NCBI GenBank assembly: GCA_046292385.1
Contig: JBKBRF010000012.1
Span: forward strand, 81,039 to 145,038
Length of the DNA stretch: 64,000 bases
From: Armatimonadota bacterium
GTDB lineage: Bacteria > Armatimonadota > SYMT01
Direction: 5' to 3'
Of the stretch, positions 27,729 to 37,644 are shown one piece after another; the first letter of the stretch is position 1, and each line of letters starts with the position of its first letter. A program made the translations under genes and the position numbers. The notes beneath the pieces are model-generated. The model saw only the letters and a program-made list of their open reading frames with translations, did no database searches and was not told where the DNA came from.

Positions 27729-29824
27729 TGAGCCTCTCCGCCCGCCGCACTCCCCTCCTAGAAATCCGCCTCTTCGACGCGGGCGAAGGCGATCCGGTCA
27801 TCACGTCCCGGGCCTACGGCTGGTACGATGCGCTGCTGCAGTCCGGTCTCTACGGCCGCAGCGACTTCGACGCCTCGGGCCGGCCGAAGCTGGAATTGCT
27901 GCCAGGGATCGGCCTCGCTTGCCGCGCGCAGCTCCAGCTCCAGGACACCCGCCTCAACCACTACTCGACGAGCGGCGGCACCTGGGAAGAGCGCCGGCCC
28001 GGGGTGGGCGCCCCGCGAACCTACCGCATCATCCAGCTCGACACGACGGCGGGCGTCCAGTGGAGCGCGACGTCCACCTGGGACCACCCGAGCGATCCGG
28101 ACTGCGCATTGGAGCTGCTGCTGCCGGACAGCCCCCCGGACTGGGACGCCACCACCTACCCACCGTATGTGCAGGTGGAGCTGGGCGGCGGCGCCTACGC
28201 GGTCCGCTATGACACCGAGGGCGGGTTCCTGCTCCGGAAGGTCGCCGGATCCTGGCAGCGGGTGATGTCTCTCCCGCGGCCGGCCCGGGGCGACGGCTAC
28301 GGCCGGGACCGGGAGACGACGCTGCTCTACCTCCGCTTCCTGCGGGGGATGCTGGGGATCAGCGCGGACGGCGGCGCGTCCTACGCGTGGTATGCGGACC
28401 CGACCGGCGCGGCGGTGACGATTCCCGCCGGCAGGCTGGCGGTCCGCGGCCAGGGCGGCGCGTGCCTCTTCGGACTCCACAAGCTCGGCTACTCCGAGGG
28501 CGTCTACACCAGCCCGGAGCGAAACACCCTGTCGAGCCGCTCGGCGCCGACGCAGAGCTTCGTGGGCCGCTACGCCGCCCCGGGCGCCACCTCGCTGGTC
28601 CTGACGGATGTCTCCACTCCCCTCTCTGCCGTAGCGTGCTACACCGCGACCCTTACCCCAGAGGATCGTGCGGCGCTGTCGTTCACCTTCCAGCGGTCGC
28701 CGGTCCTCTACGCGACGGAATTCATTTACGCGCCGGCCGTCACCGCCGGGGCCGAGACCTACACGACGCCCTGGCCGAAGGCGCACTCGATCCGCGTGAG
28801 CGAGCCGGAGCAGCTCCACGCGGGGCACGCGGAGTGGACGATCGAGATCCCGCCGGGCGAGGAGCCGAACTGGCAGAGCCTGCGCCGCCGGAAGGTGCAG
28901 ATCCGCATGGGCTACACGGAGGATGGGGTCGAGCACTGGTGGACGCTCTTCACCGGCTACATCGACAGCATCCGCCCGCAGTGGAACGACTATGGCGCCT
29001 GCACGGCGACGATCCGCGCAGACAGCGCCACGGCGCGGTTCAAGCGCTCCTGCTGGTCGCCGCTGGAGCAGTTCGCCCTCGGCGGGCGCACCCTCAACGC
29101 CGCAGCAGACCTTATCCTGGCGAGTGAGGGGCTGAACAGCAGCTTCCAGAGCTGGGACGGGCTCGGGGATCTCTTCACCCTGCCGGCGGGCCTGCCGGAA
29201 GACCCTTGCGAGTTATGTCGGCCGCAGGAATGGAAATGGGAGACGCTGACGCGATTGATGGGTTACGCCAACCTGGAGCCCTACGCGGACCGGGACGGCC
29301 ACTACCGCAGCGTCCGGCGCGACTACTACGGCGCCGTCACGGCCGAGCTCCACGTCACCGATCCGAGCGAGATCTCAGAGCTGCCACAGTCGCTCGCGAG
29401 CCAGATCGATTTCAACCAGGCGTATACCGCAGTCCTGGTGACGGGCGTGCTCCCGTGGGGCGAGGCTGGGGCCGGCTACGCGGTGGACGCTCCGGCGGAG
29501 ACCGACACGAGCAGCGACCGCTTCTGCCACTGGCGGGAGCTGGTGATCGAGCAGCTCCCCGGCACCGTCTCCCCGGGGATGCTCCTCGCCCGCACGCAGG
29601 CGCTGGCGTGGGAGCACTTCGGCCGGCGGGAGACGCCCTCGATCTCCGTAGAGCTCAACCCGGACGTGCAGCGCCGGGACCGGATCAGCATCTACGGGGC
29701 GGAGCGCGCGGGGATTCCGGACGGGACGGAGTATGTGGTCCTCTCCCTGGAGCACGCGATCCAGGCGGACCCGGAGAGCGGTGAGGTGACGATGACGACC
29801 ACGGCGGGGCTGCGGCTGAAATGA
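27728..29824 (+). CDS. Putative tail hub/baseplate protein
   Basis: 698 aa; LFTGYID, YADRDG and NPDVQRRDRISI resemble hub proteins; SADGGASY Asp-box. Confidence 0.65.
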   Translation: MSLSARRTPLLEIRLFDAGEGDPVITSRAYGWYDALLQSGLYGRSDFDASGRPKLELLPGIGLACRAQLQLQDTRLNHYSTSGGTWEERRPGVGAPRTYRIIQLDTTAGVQWSATSTWDHPSDPDCALELLLPDSPPDWDATTYPPYVQVELGGGAYAVRYDTEGGFLLRKVAGSWQRVMSLPRPARGDGYGRDRETTLLYLRFLRGMLGISADGGASYAWYADPTGAAVTIPAGRLAVRGQGGACLFGLHKLGYSEGVYTSPERNTLSSRSAPTQSFVGRYAAPGATSLVLTDVSTPLSAVACYTATLTPEDRAALSFTFQRSPVLYATEFIYAPAVTAGAETYTTPWPKAHSIRVSEPEQLHAGHAEWTIEIPPGEEPNWQSLRRRKVQIRMGYTEDGVEHWWTLFTGYIDSIRPQWNDYGACTATIRADSATARFKRSCWSPLEQFALGGRTLNAAADLILASEGLNSSFQSWDGLGDLFTLPAGLPEDPCELCRPQEWKWETLTRLMGYANLEPYADRDGHYRSVRRDYYGAVTAELHVTDPSEISELPQSLASQIDFNQAYTAVLVTGVLPWGEAGAGYAVDAPAETDTSSDRFCHWRELVIEQLPGTVSPGMLLARTQALAWEHFGRRETPSISVELNPDVQRRDRISIYGAERAGIPDGTEYVVLSLEHAIQADPESGEVTMTTTAGLRLK

Positions 29825-30027
29825 GACGGGACCCGGTAGCGGCCCAGGCGCAGGAGACGGCGCGGCAGGCTCGGGTGGCGGTCGGCTCCACGGCGGAGGT
29901 CACGCGCGCGAGCGCCGGCACGGAAGCGCTCGGGGCTGCGGGCGCGAGCGACCCGGTGACGGGTAAATGGCAGGGATACGGGCTGCTGGGAGTGACCGCT
30001 CTCAGCAGTTTCCGGGTGAGGGGATAA
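29821..30027 (+). CDS. Small hypothetical tail-region protein
   Basis: ATGA overlap with the hub gene. Confidence 0.5.
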   Translation: MRRDPVAAQAQETARQARVAVGSTAEVTRASAGTEALGAAGASDPVTGKWQGYGLLGVTALSSFRVRG

Positions 30028-30030
30028 CGA

Positions 30031-30165
30031 ATGCGAACATACGTTGTGACCGGGTTCGATCGCCACACGGGACAGCGCCGAACCATTACCGTGCGTGCAT
30101 CTTCTGCCAGAGAGGCGCGCACGCTGGCGTACGACCAGCTCACCTATCCCGAAGTCCAGGAGTAG
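30031..30165 (+). CDS. 44-aa hypothetical protein (below ORF track cut-off)
   Basis: MRTYVVTGFDRHTGQRRTITVRASSAREARTLAYDQLTYPEVQE fills the gap between neighbours. Confidence 0.5.
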   Translation: MRTYVVTGFDRHTGQRRTITVRASSAREARTLAYDQLTYPEVQE

Positions 30166-30168
30166 GCG

Positions 30169-30855
30169 ATGTCAACCACGATCCTCGCACTGAAGAACGA
30201 CTACGCCGACCTCGATCCGGTGGCGGCCGCGGAGCTGAACGCGCGCGCGGATGCGCTGGAGGCGGTCTTCGCGAGCCGCCTGGTCAAGAGCGTCGCCGGA
30301 GGCGTCGAGGTCACCCTCACGGATGAGGAGGCGGTAGCGTTGGTGCTCGAGCTCTCAGGGCTCCTCACCGCCAGCATCAACGTCGTGCTTCCTCTGTGGG
30401 CCGGCCGGCGCTGGGTGATCCGGAACGACACCACCGGCGCCTTTGAAGTGACGGTCAAGACGCCCGCCGGCAGCGGGATCGTGGTGACCCAGGGCTACCG
30501 GGCCGAGGTGTTCTGCGACGGCACTGACGTGGTGCGGGCCGCGCCAGACGTGAGCAACGCCGCGGCGCTGGTGATCGGGGGCGGGACGCCGATCGCGAAG
30601 TATCTCTCCGCCACGAAGGTCTGGGATCCGCCGTCGATCGCGGACGGCGCTATCACCTCGACCACCGTGACCGTCACCGGCGCCGCGGTGGGAGACCTGG
30701 CCGTCGCCGGCCTCACCACCCTGACGGCCGGACTCGCGCTGCTCTCCGCCCACGTGACCGCCGCCGACACCGTGACCGTCGTGCTGCTCAACAAGACGGG
30801 CGGGGCGCTGGACGTGGCGAGCGGGACCCTGCGCGTCGGGGTGTGGAAGCACTAA
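30169..30855 (+). CDS. Tail fibre / receptor-binding-like protein
   Basis: WVIRNDTTGAFEVTVKT, WDPPSIADG...TVTVTGAAVGD; last tail gene. Confidence 0.7.
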   Translation: MSTTILALKNDYADLDPVAAAELNARADALEAVFASRLVKSVAGGVEVTLTDEEAVALVLELSGLLTASINVVLPLWAGRRWVIRNDTTGAFEVTVKTPAGSGIVVTQGYRAEVFCDGTDVVRAAPDVSNAAALVIGGGTPIAKYLSATKVWDPPSIADGAITSTTVTVTGAAVGDLAVAGLTTLTAGLALLSAHVTAADTVTVVLLNKTGGALDVASGTLRVGVWKH

Positions 30856-30860
30856 CCCGA

Positions 30861-30878
30861 TTATGCCACGTGGCATAA
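30861..30878. repeat. Dispersed palindrome copy 4
   Basis: TTATGCCACGTGGCATAA 5 bp after the last tail gene stop, between convergent genes. Confidence 0.97.
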
Positions 30879-30929
30879 CCGTCGCTGAACCGCTAGCGGA
30901 GAGTCCTGGTTGTACCGTGAGGGCCTGGT

Positions 30930-31718
30930 CTACGGTCGGCGTGTCGACACTGCCTTGAGATTTGGATGGTGCGAGCCGGCTGGCGAGGCGGAAGCGACCA
31001 CCGAGACGCCTTGATCTACCAGCCCCAGGCGCAACCCGCAGAGGAAGAGGTCTCGTTGACCGTCCAAGCGGAGCTTTCGCCGGATTGCAGTGCGATGCGA
31101 CTCCACCGTCCGCGGGCTCAGATAGAGTGTCTCCGCGATTCTGGCGGAAGTCCAACCCTGTAGCGCGAGCGCCATCACCTCCCGCTCCCGAGGGGATAGG
31201 CGCTGATACGCAGCGTGAAGCCACTCGCTGTCAAGTTCTGGGCGAACAGCCGGCGAAACGGCGTGTAGGGAGTCACCGCTCGCGGGCTCGTCGCCAGCCG
31301 CAGTGTCGCTGCGGATGAATCGCAGCAGCTGCGCCGATGCCACATCCATGGGAAGGCGAAGGAGCCGGGACGAGCAACGGGGGTCCGGCAGCACGGTCGC
31401 TGAAAGCGCCGGATCGAGCGCGAGAATCCGCGCGCAGGGCCGGAATTCGTGCAGTCGTCTGACGTAACTCTCTTCGGGCTCCGGCAGTAGCCGGGTGTCC
31501 ACGATAATCCCACTAGCGTTGCGCTCTCGCGCGAGTGACAGCAGAGTGCCCGCATCCTCCGCTTCCCCGGCCAGGAGAAACTCTCGCAAGAGCGAGCGCA
31601 GTCCCAAGCGCAGTAACTCCGACGCACTGGCGAGCAGCACGGATGGCAGCGCAGGTTTCGCAGGACACGGCGGTATGGCCATCGGCTCGCTTCGGGAACG
31701 GAGTTCTCCCGCTCTCAC
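30930..31718 (-). CDS. LuxR/NarL-family regulator with degenerate receiver domain (start uncertain)
   Basis: LSPREREV...IAETLYLSPRTVESHRTAIRRKL HTH; receiver acidic pocket replaced by ASAS. Confidence 0.8.
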   Translation of the reverse strand: MRAGELRSRSEPMAIPPCPAKPALPSVLLASASELLRLGLRSLLREFLLAGEAEDAGTLLSLARERNASGIIVDTRLLPEPEESYVRRLHEFRPCARILALDPALSATVLPDPRCSSRLLRLPMDVASAQLLRFIRSDTAAGDEPASGDSLHAVSPAVRPELDSEWLHAAYQRLSPREREVMALALQGWTSARIAETLYLSPRTVESHRTAIRRKLRLDGQRDLFLCGLRLGLVDQGVSVVASASPAGSHHPNLKAVSTRRP

Positions 31719-31905
31719 CTGCTAAGTGTCAGGCGTGTTAGGAAGCTATCGCCCTCACCCAGAATTACATCCTTCGATTGAGGTCAGTACGCGCCGGTAC
31801 GGATTTTTCATCGCGGCCGATAGTTCAAGCGCCCAGGAGGCACTCAAGGTACTAGAAGCACCTTACTCTGCCACTAGGGATTCACCCGACGGGCGAGGCA
31901 ACCTC

Positions 31906-32508
31906 TTGATTGGCCTCCGGCGAAAACTAGAGCGGTTTCGGGAACCTGACCCTACGCCCGCACCTCGCGAACCGCTGGGTGAAGAGGTCGCGGCACGCCT
32001 TCTGGATCTCGTCTATCGGTACGTGTCTCGGCGCGTCGTCAATCGAGAGGACGTGGCGGACCTCACGGGGGAGATCCTGCTCCACGTGACAGCCCAGTTC
32101 CCGAACTTCCGGGGTGAAGGCAGAATGGAAAGCTGGCTCTTTCGCATTGCCGAACGGAGGCTGTCACGGAGCCGGCGACGGATGCAGCGATGGGCATCCG
32201 TCGCGGTGGAGGCGCTCCTGCCGGAACACGAGGATACGGTGGCCGATCCGGCGGGCGAGGATCCGGCCGCGATAGTGCAGCGCCGAGAGCGGATCTGTCA
32301 TACCATCAGGGTGGTACAATCATTACCGCCCGACCAACGGGAAGCACTGTTGCTGATGTATGCAGAAGGTCTGTCGCAGGAGGAGATCGGCCAGGTGATG
32401 GGCCGCTCCACTGAGGCCGTCAACAGCCTGCTGCAGCGGGCGAGGAAGGCGGCTCGGAAGCTGGGTGGGAGTTACTACCTAACGGGGGAACCCGGAGGGC
32501 CTCGATGA
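31906..32508 (+). CDS. ECF sigma-70 factor (start uncertain)
   Basis: DVADLTGE, SWLFRIA, LPPDQREAL, LSQEEIG, VNSLLQRAR. Confidence 0.85.
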   Translation: MIGLRRKLERFREPDPTPAPREPLGEEVAARLLDLVYRYVSRRVVNREDVADLTGEILLHVTAQFPNFRGEGRMESWLFRIAERRLSRSRRRMQRWASVAVEALLPEHEDTVADPAGEDPAAIVQRRERICHTIRVVQSLPPDQREALLLMYAEGLSQEEIGQVMGRSTEAVNSLLQRARKAARKLGGSYYLTGEPGGPR

Positions 32509-33353
32509 AGCACGAGGAGTCTCAACCCAGCGAGCGGCCGGACCGGGGAGCCCCCGGGGACCCGTGGGAGGCAGCGTTCGGCAATGCAGTCCGCGAAGCC
32601 TTTCCGGGTCGTTCCCCAGCCCCCGAAGAGAAGGCGCGGATTCTTCAGCGCGTGAGACAACGCGCCGCGCGTCGGTCCCAGCGCCGTGCCACCTGGCTCC
32701 CTCCGCTTCGCTTCCGGCTGTCCTTCGCTGCCGTCACCGCGCTGCTACTCATCCTCGCGTTCGTGGTGCTGCAGCCACGAGAAGTAGACGCTGGCTTGCT
32801 GGATCGCGTTGTAGCAGCGATGGCACAGTTCCGCTCCGGCCACCTGGTGTTTCTGCGGCTCAACGACCAGGGCCAATGGGAGTACGAACGCCAGTTGTGG
32901 TACCGCGAAGGCTCCTGGCGGACAGAGATGGACGGGGATACCTGGATCTACACGCCCCGAGCGACCTGGCGACAGAAGCTGCCGGACCCACGCTGGGTGC
33001 GTCGTCCCGAGAAATCGAACTTCGGTCGTGACCTGAGTGGGTTAGCTCCCACCGTCCTGGGAGGCGACTTCGAGAAGTGGGGCCGGGAAACGCAAATCCG
33101 GTACCTAGAAGCTCCGGATGGTCCGCCCGGCTCCTTCCAGGTAGTCGTCGAGCCGGAAGGTGAGAAGGAGCGGATCCTGCTCGCCATCGATCAGGCCACG
33201 AGCGTCCCGCGCTACTTCGAATTCCACAGCCTGCGCGGAGGCCGGTGGCACATCACGCACCGCGTGCAGATCGAGCTCGGGCTGCCCTTGTCTCCCGCCC
33301 TATTCGCCCCGGGAGCTCCCGCTCCGGAGCAGTCCCCCGCACGCTTGGACTGA
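32505..33353 (+). CDS. Putative membrane anti-sigma factor with periplasmic LolA-like domain
   Basis: ATGA overlap with the ECF; one TM then a beta-rich domain (IDQATSVP). Confidence 0.7.
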   Translation: MKHEESQPSERPDRGAPGDPWEAAFGNAVREAFPGRSPAPEEKARILQRVRQRAARRSQRRATWLPPLRFRLSFAAVTALLLILAFVVLQPREVDAGLLDRVVAAMAQFRSGHLVFLRLNDQGQWEYERQLWYREGSWRTEMDGDTWIYTPRATWRQKLPDPRWVRRPEKSNFGRDLSGLAPTVLGGDFEKWGRETQIRYLEAPDGPPGSFQVVVEPEGEKERILLAIDQATSVPRYFEFHSLRGGRWHITHRVQIELGLPLSPALFAPGAPAPEQSPARLD

Positions 33354-33556
33354 TACCAGAAACCAGGTCCCCTACCGCTCCTGCGGATCCCAGCCGGTCT
33401 TCGCCTCTACGGTGGCCGAGAACACGCCTACGATAGGTGTGCTCTCGGCCATCGTTGCTCATGTCGGTGCCGAGCCGAGCGCCGCCAAGCTCGCACCAGC
33501 CCACTCCACTCCGCCTCCGGGTGGCCTACCTCACGGCCACCCGGAGGAGGAAACCG

Positions 33557-34132
33557 ATGGTTGTGGGTTCACCTGAGTGGCAGGTGGCACTGAGAGCTGC
33601 AAAGGATGGTTGTCGATACGGCGCCGAGCGTCTGGCGGCAGTTCTCCTGGTGTGGGCGTACCGAGAGCTTCGGAAAGGAAGCTGGCGGGAGCCTGAGGAC
33701 ATTGTGGGTGAGTTCGTGGCGAGGATGCTCCGCGAGCAGGCCCGGGATCTGCCGGATGGAGATTGTCGACGCACGGAGGCCTACCTACGACGCGCGCTAC
33801 GCAGGTTGCTCGTCGATCGCTGGCGAGAGCAGCGACGCTGGCGCGCGAATGAGTTGCTCCTCTCCGAGCTGTCGGCGGATGACGACTCGTCCTACCAACC
33901 CTGGACGATTGCCGAGGCCGATCCGCTCGACCAGGTTCTCCGCGCAGAGGAGCGTCAAACCCTCCAGCGAGCGCTGGAGCACCTGGCTGACCAGAACCGG
34001 ATGCTGATCCGCTTGACCCTCGACGGCTGGACGCCGACGGAACTTGCCGGGCGGACCCGGTTGACGCCGAACACGGTCCGGCAGCGGCTCTGGTCGATCC
34101 GCCGCCAACTCCGACGTCTGCTCCAGGAGTAG
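33557..34132 (+). CDS. Second ECF sigma-70 factor
   Basis: EPEDIV, AYLRRALRRLLVD, region 4 GWTPTELA...TVRQRL; RBS GGAGGAGG. Confidence 0.8.
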   Translation: MVVGSPEWQVALRAAKDGCRYGAERLAAVLLVWAYRELRKGSWREPEDIVGEFVARMLREQARDLPDGDCRRTEAYLRRALRRLLVDRWREQRRWRANELLLSELSADDDSSYQPWTIAEADPLDQVLRAEERQTLQRALEHLADQNRMLIRLTLDGWTPTELAGRTRLTPNTVRQRLWSIRRQLRRLLQE

Positions 34133-34272
34133 CGGCCGCGAGAGCTCGCGCCGGGGTAGCCGGAAAGGGCTCTCGGACAGAGCCTAACGCGGCCCCCTAA
34201 GGCTCCGTCTCTTCCCCCTGACGGTAGCCGCTTGGGAAACCTCCCGAGCGTTAGCTGACTGCCAGGGGGAAG

Positions 34273-35850
34273 ATGATGCAGACCGCGCGGAAGCGCAACA
34301 CGACCAGGGCCCGATGGATCGGAGTGGAAGATGCGGTCCGCGTCGCCCTCGCCGGCGTGCTCCTCACCGCCGTCGTCGGGAAGCTCCTCGACTTCGACGG
34401 CTTTGTCCCGGTGGTGAACCGCCTGGAGCTGGTGCCCGCCACCTGGAGCGCGGCCGCCGCGGCACTCCTACTGGTCCTGGAAACCGTGGCCGCCACCCTG
34501 CTGCTGACCCGCAGCGCCGCGCTGGCGGGACCTCTACTCACCTTGCTCTTAGCTGGAGGCTTCACGCAGGTCACGCTTCGATTCCTGCTCGAAGGGCGGC
34601 CGAACACCTGTGGCTGCTTCGGGCTACTCCTGCAATTACCACCGCTCGCCGTGCTCCTGCTTGATCTCACTCTGGGGCTGGGGGCCTTCTTTCTGCTGCG
34701 AAAAGGGTGGCGCGCCCGCCGTGTGGCTCTCACTGCGCAGCCGGAGATCGGGAGTTCAGCAGGAGTCCCGTCGGGAGCTCCACTGAGTTCTTTCCGCTCC
34801 GGGACTCTTTGGTGCGGCTGCTATCTCCTGGTGATGGTCGCCGGGTTGCAGGCGGGCTTTCACGCGCAGTGGCAGCATGCTGATGACGGCGAGACCCGGG
34901 AGATCAATCTCCGACTCGGCGATCGGGCGCCGCTGTTCCGTCTCCGAACGCTCGGCGGTCGAGTGATCACCCCGGCCTCTCTCGCCGGAGAACCGGCGCT
35001 CGTGGTGTTCGTCCAGGACGGCTGCACCCCCTGCGAAAGCGAGCTGCGGGAGTTGGCGACCCTCGCCTCCGAGTTGCGCGGCCACGTGCGCCCGCTGGTC
35101 GTGCTCACCGGTCGACCACTCTGGGGCAGTGCCGAAGCCGCGGCGCGCCGTTTCGCTCGCCGCCTCGCCCTTCCCTTCCCTGTGGCCTTGGATCCGGACC
35201 GCACGGCCCTAGGGCGTTACGCCGACCGCCCCGCGCGCACTCCCTTCAGTGTGCTGCTGAACTCCGCGGGCCGCGTGAGCTATGTCCAGGATGGCCGTGA
35301 GAGCGGCGAGATGAGCCTGAAGCGGGATCTCCAGGCCCTCCTCGCTGATGAGCCGTATGGGGCGCCGGTTCTCGCCTCTCGTTCTCCGCACGTTGGCCGG
35401 CCCGCACCAGACGGGGTGCTCTCCGGCCCCGCCGGACCGGTGCGGCTCTCCACGCTCTGGCAGCAAGGCCCCCTGCTACTGACCTTCCTGCTCCCCGACT
35501 GCCCGGGTTGCCGAGAGCGGGTCGCGCTGCTAGAGCGTGCCGCCGGTGCCAACCAGGGTTTGCGGTCAATCTACGTCTACCCGAGTGCCGCGGCGGCGGC
35601 CGCCGCGCGAAGGAGGCTGCGGACTCAGGCAGTTGTGGCGAGCGATCCGAGCCGGGAGGTCCACACTCGGTTCGCGGTGTGGAATGCCCCAACCTCCGTC
35701 CTAATCGAGCGCGGACGGATCCAGCTGGTCACCGGTGAGCGCGCCGGTGACCGGGAACTGCTGCGAGCTCTGCGCTCTGTGCCCTCGGCCGTGATCGGCC
35801 TTTCGACCACGGACCTCTCTGCCCGAAGGGCGAACGCGAAAGCCAGGTAA
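34273..35850 (+). CDS. MauE/DoxX membrane domain fused to two thioredoxin-like (redoxin) domains
   Basis: TM region with CGCFG; GDRAPLF...CTPC; GRPAPD...CPGC; cis-Pro motifs TP/APT. Confidence 0.85.
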   Translation: MMQTARKRNTTRARWIGVEDAVRVALAGVLLTAVVGKLLDFDGFVPVVNRLELVPATWSAAAAALLLVLETVAATLLLTRSAALAGPLLTLLLAGGFTQVTLRFLLEGRPNTCGCFGLLLQLPPLAVLLLDLTLGLGAFFLLRKGWRARRVALTAQPEIGSSAGVPSGAPLSSFRSGTLWCGCYLLVMVAGLQAGFHAQWQHADDGETREINLRLGDRAPLFRLRTLGGRVITPASLAGEPALVVFVQDGCTPCESELRELATLASELRGHVRPLVVLTGRPLWGSAEAAARRFARRLALPFPVALDPDRTALGRYADRPARTPFSVLLNSAGRVSYVQDGRESGEMSLKRDLQALLADEPYGAPVLASRSPHVGRPAPDGVLSGPAGPVRLSTLWQQGPLLLTFLLPDCPGCRERVALLERAAGANQGLRSIYVYPSAAAAAAARRRLRTQAVVASDPSREVHTRFAVWNAPTSVLIERGRIQLVTGERAGDRELLRALRSVPSAVIGLSTTDLSARRANAKAR

Positions 35851-35854
35851 CTGA

Positions 35855-36244
35855 ATGCGAAATCAATCCACTCTCCACTCCCGAGGCGAGCGCACGAGCC
35901 GTCCGTTACTGTGGCTCGTTCTCTCTCTCTTTCTCGCTGCCACCGGCCCCGGGACACTCGAGCTCGCCTGGGGGGATTCAGAAAACTACTGCCCGGGCTC
36001 TCCATGGAACTGCTATCCGCAGACCACCTGCGGAGAGCTGACGTGGTGCGAGACGACCGGCGGCGACTGGTGCAATACGACGTACGCCCACTACGCCAAG
36101 AAGAAGTACCTGATGGTGAAACGCTGCACGAATCTTTCCGGCGGAGAGCTCACCTGCACCTCTTGCGGCCCGAAGCAAGACAATGGCTGCTGTAAGGATC
36201 TGTCCGCAGAGCCGTCGTGCCCGAACGGGACACAGTGCCCGTAG
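35855..36244 (+). CDS. Secreted cysteine-rich small protein (12 Cys in predicted mature part)
   Basis: Hydrophobic signal LLWLVLSLFLAAT; 12 Cys counted after LAWG. Confidence 0.75.
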   Translation: MRNQSTLHSRGERTSRPLLWLVLSLFLAATGPGTLELAWGDSENYCPGSPWNCYPQTTCGELTWCETTGGDWCNTTYAHYAKKKYLMVKRCTNLSGGELTCTSCGPKQDNGCCKDLSAEPSCPNGTQCP

Positions 36245-36272
36245 CGGGAGACAGGCTGCACGGAGGCTTCTC

Positions 36273-36968
36273 ATGGTGTTCAAGTCGACTCTTCGTTGGA
36301 TGTGTTCTCGGGAAACCCGGAGCGCCGCCCGGTCACGGCCCGGTTTTACCCTGCTGGAGGTGCTGGTCGTGTCGGGAGTCCTCCTGATTCTGTTGGGCCT
36401 ATTGGTTCCCGTCGCCGCCAGCGCCCGCGCTCGCGCACAGGAAGGCGCATGCGCCGGGCAACTTCGACAGATCGGAAAGGCTATGCGGCTCTATCTGGAT
36501 GACCACGATGGGCTGCGGCCACCGCGGCTGACCGATCTGATCCCGAACCACTTGGCCGAGCGGCGCCTCCTGCAGTGCCCGCGAGATCCTTGGCTGGGCC
36601 GTGGCGGCTGGGCCTGGTCCGCCTGGGGACGCCTGACCACCCCACCCCAGCGGTGGCCGGCCCCTGTTTCTTACGGCTACTTCTGGAGCCCGCTCCCGCA
36701 CGACCGCCTCTGGCGCGAGGCGCAACAGGCCCCGGGGCGACCCGGCTACCTCGTCTGCGTGCTGCATGGAGAGTCGGGCGAGAGCTCTCCTGACGGGGAC
36801 GGAGAGGCGCCGTACTATCGCGGGCGCGTGCTGCGGCTCTGCTTCGACGGCAGTGTCGTCACCCGCGAGTTCCCCGGCCGGGGCTTTAACGCCTGGCGGC
36901 TGATGACCGACCAGGCAGTTCCAGCGGCGCCACGTGCGGCCGGGACCAGGAGTGAGGGGATCAGATGA
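36273..36968 (+). CDS. Prepilin-type N-terminal cleavage/methylation (pseudopilin) protein
   Basis: GFTLLEVLVV, ARARAQ..C..QLRQIG, C-terminal CFDGSV. Confidence 0.85.
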   Translation: MVFKSTLRWMCSRETRSAARSRPGFTLLEVLVVSGVLLILLGLLVPVAASARARAQEGACAGQLRQIGKAMRLYLDDHDGLRPPRLTDLIPNHLAERRLLQCPRDPWLGRGGWAWSAWGRLTTPPQRWPAPVSYGYFWSPLPHDRLWREAQQAPGRPGYLVCVLHGESGESSPDGDGEAPYYRGRVLRLCFDGSVVTREFPGRGFNAWRLMTDQAVPAAPRAAGTRSEGIR

Positions 36969-37390
36969 CGACCGTACTACGAGTCGGGATGGGCTGCCTG
37001 CTGGGAGCGCTAGTGGGGATGGTGGGATTCGTGAGTGTGTCCGTGGTGTTCTTCGCGCTCGGGGTCTACTCCCATCACCAACTCACACTCGGCGCCGGCC
37101 TGGGTCTCATCTGGGGAGCGTTGGCAGGGCCCTGGAGTGTTTGGCGACGCCGCCCGCTTGCTCGGGGCGTGCTCGGGCCGGCGCTGGTGTCTGTCGGCGT
37201 CTTCACCGGGTATCTGCTTTGGCTGGGCTCGCAGCGCAGTGTCTTTACGTCCTGGGAGCAGTTCCGCAGCGGGCTTCTCGCGGGGAGCGCGTTCGTGCTC
37301 CTTGCGAGTGGGCTATCAGCGATGGCCTGCCTCCGGATCTGGGACTTACTCCCCTCGGACCTGGCGAACTCTTGGGAACCGCGAGGCTGA
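36965..37390 (+). CDS. Four-TM membrane protein
   Basis: ATGA overlap; four hydrophobic segments. Confidence 0.65.
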   Translation: MTTVLRVGMGCLLGALVGMVGFVSVSVVFFALGVYSHHQLTLGAGLGLIWGALAGPWSVWRRRPLARGVLGPALVSVGVFTGYLLWLGSQRSVFTSWEQFRSGLLAGSAFVLLASGLSAMACLRIWDLLPSDLANSWEPRG

Positions 37391-37644
37391 TCGTGACTCG
37401 AGGCCAGTCCAATACCTGGCGATGAGATCTCGGGCGGCGGGGACTGCTCCCCCGACTGGGCGCCGGCCACCGCTGATGTGCGGGCCGTACTCGAGGTGAC
37501 GCTGTAATCGTGCGCCCGGACCGCTGAATCGTGCACCTGCCGCGCGATTCGGTGCACGATCCGCCGTACGAATGGCAGCGGCCCCGGCGGACACCCGGGG
37601 CCGCGATCGCGCCTCGTCACAAGCGCGGACAATACCCACGGCGA

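Noticed and set aside
17513..30855. Diversity-generating retroelement or shufflon acting on fibre genes
   Set aside because: No reverse transcriptase, template/variable repeat pair or inverted fibre cassettes were seen in the window.
35855..36244. Methylamine dehydrogenase small subunit (mauA)
   Set aside because: No twin-arginine signal, no recognisable MauA motif, and no large subunit or MauG in the window.
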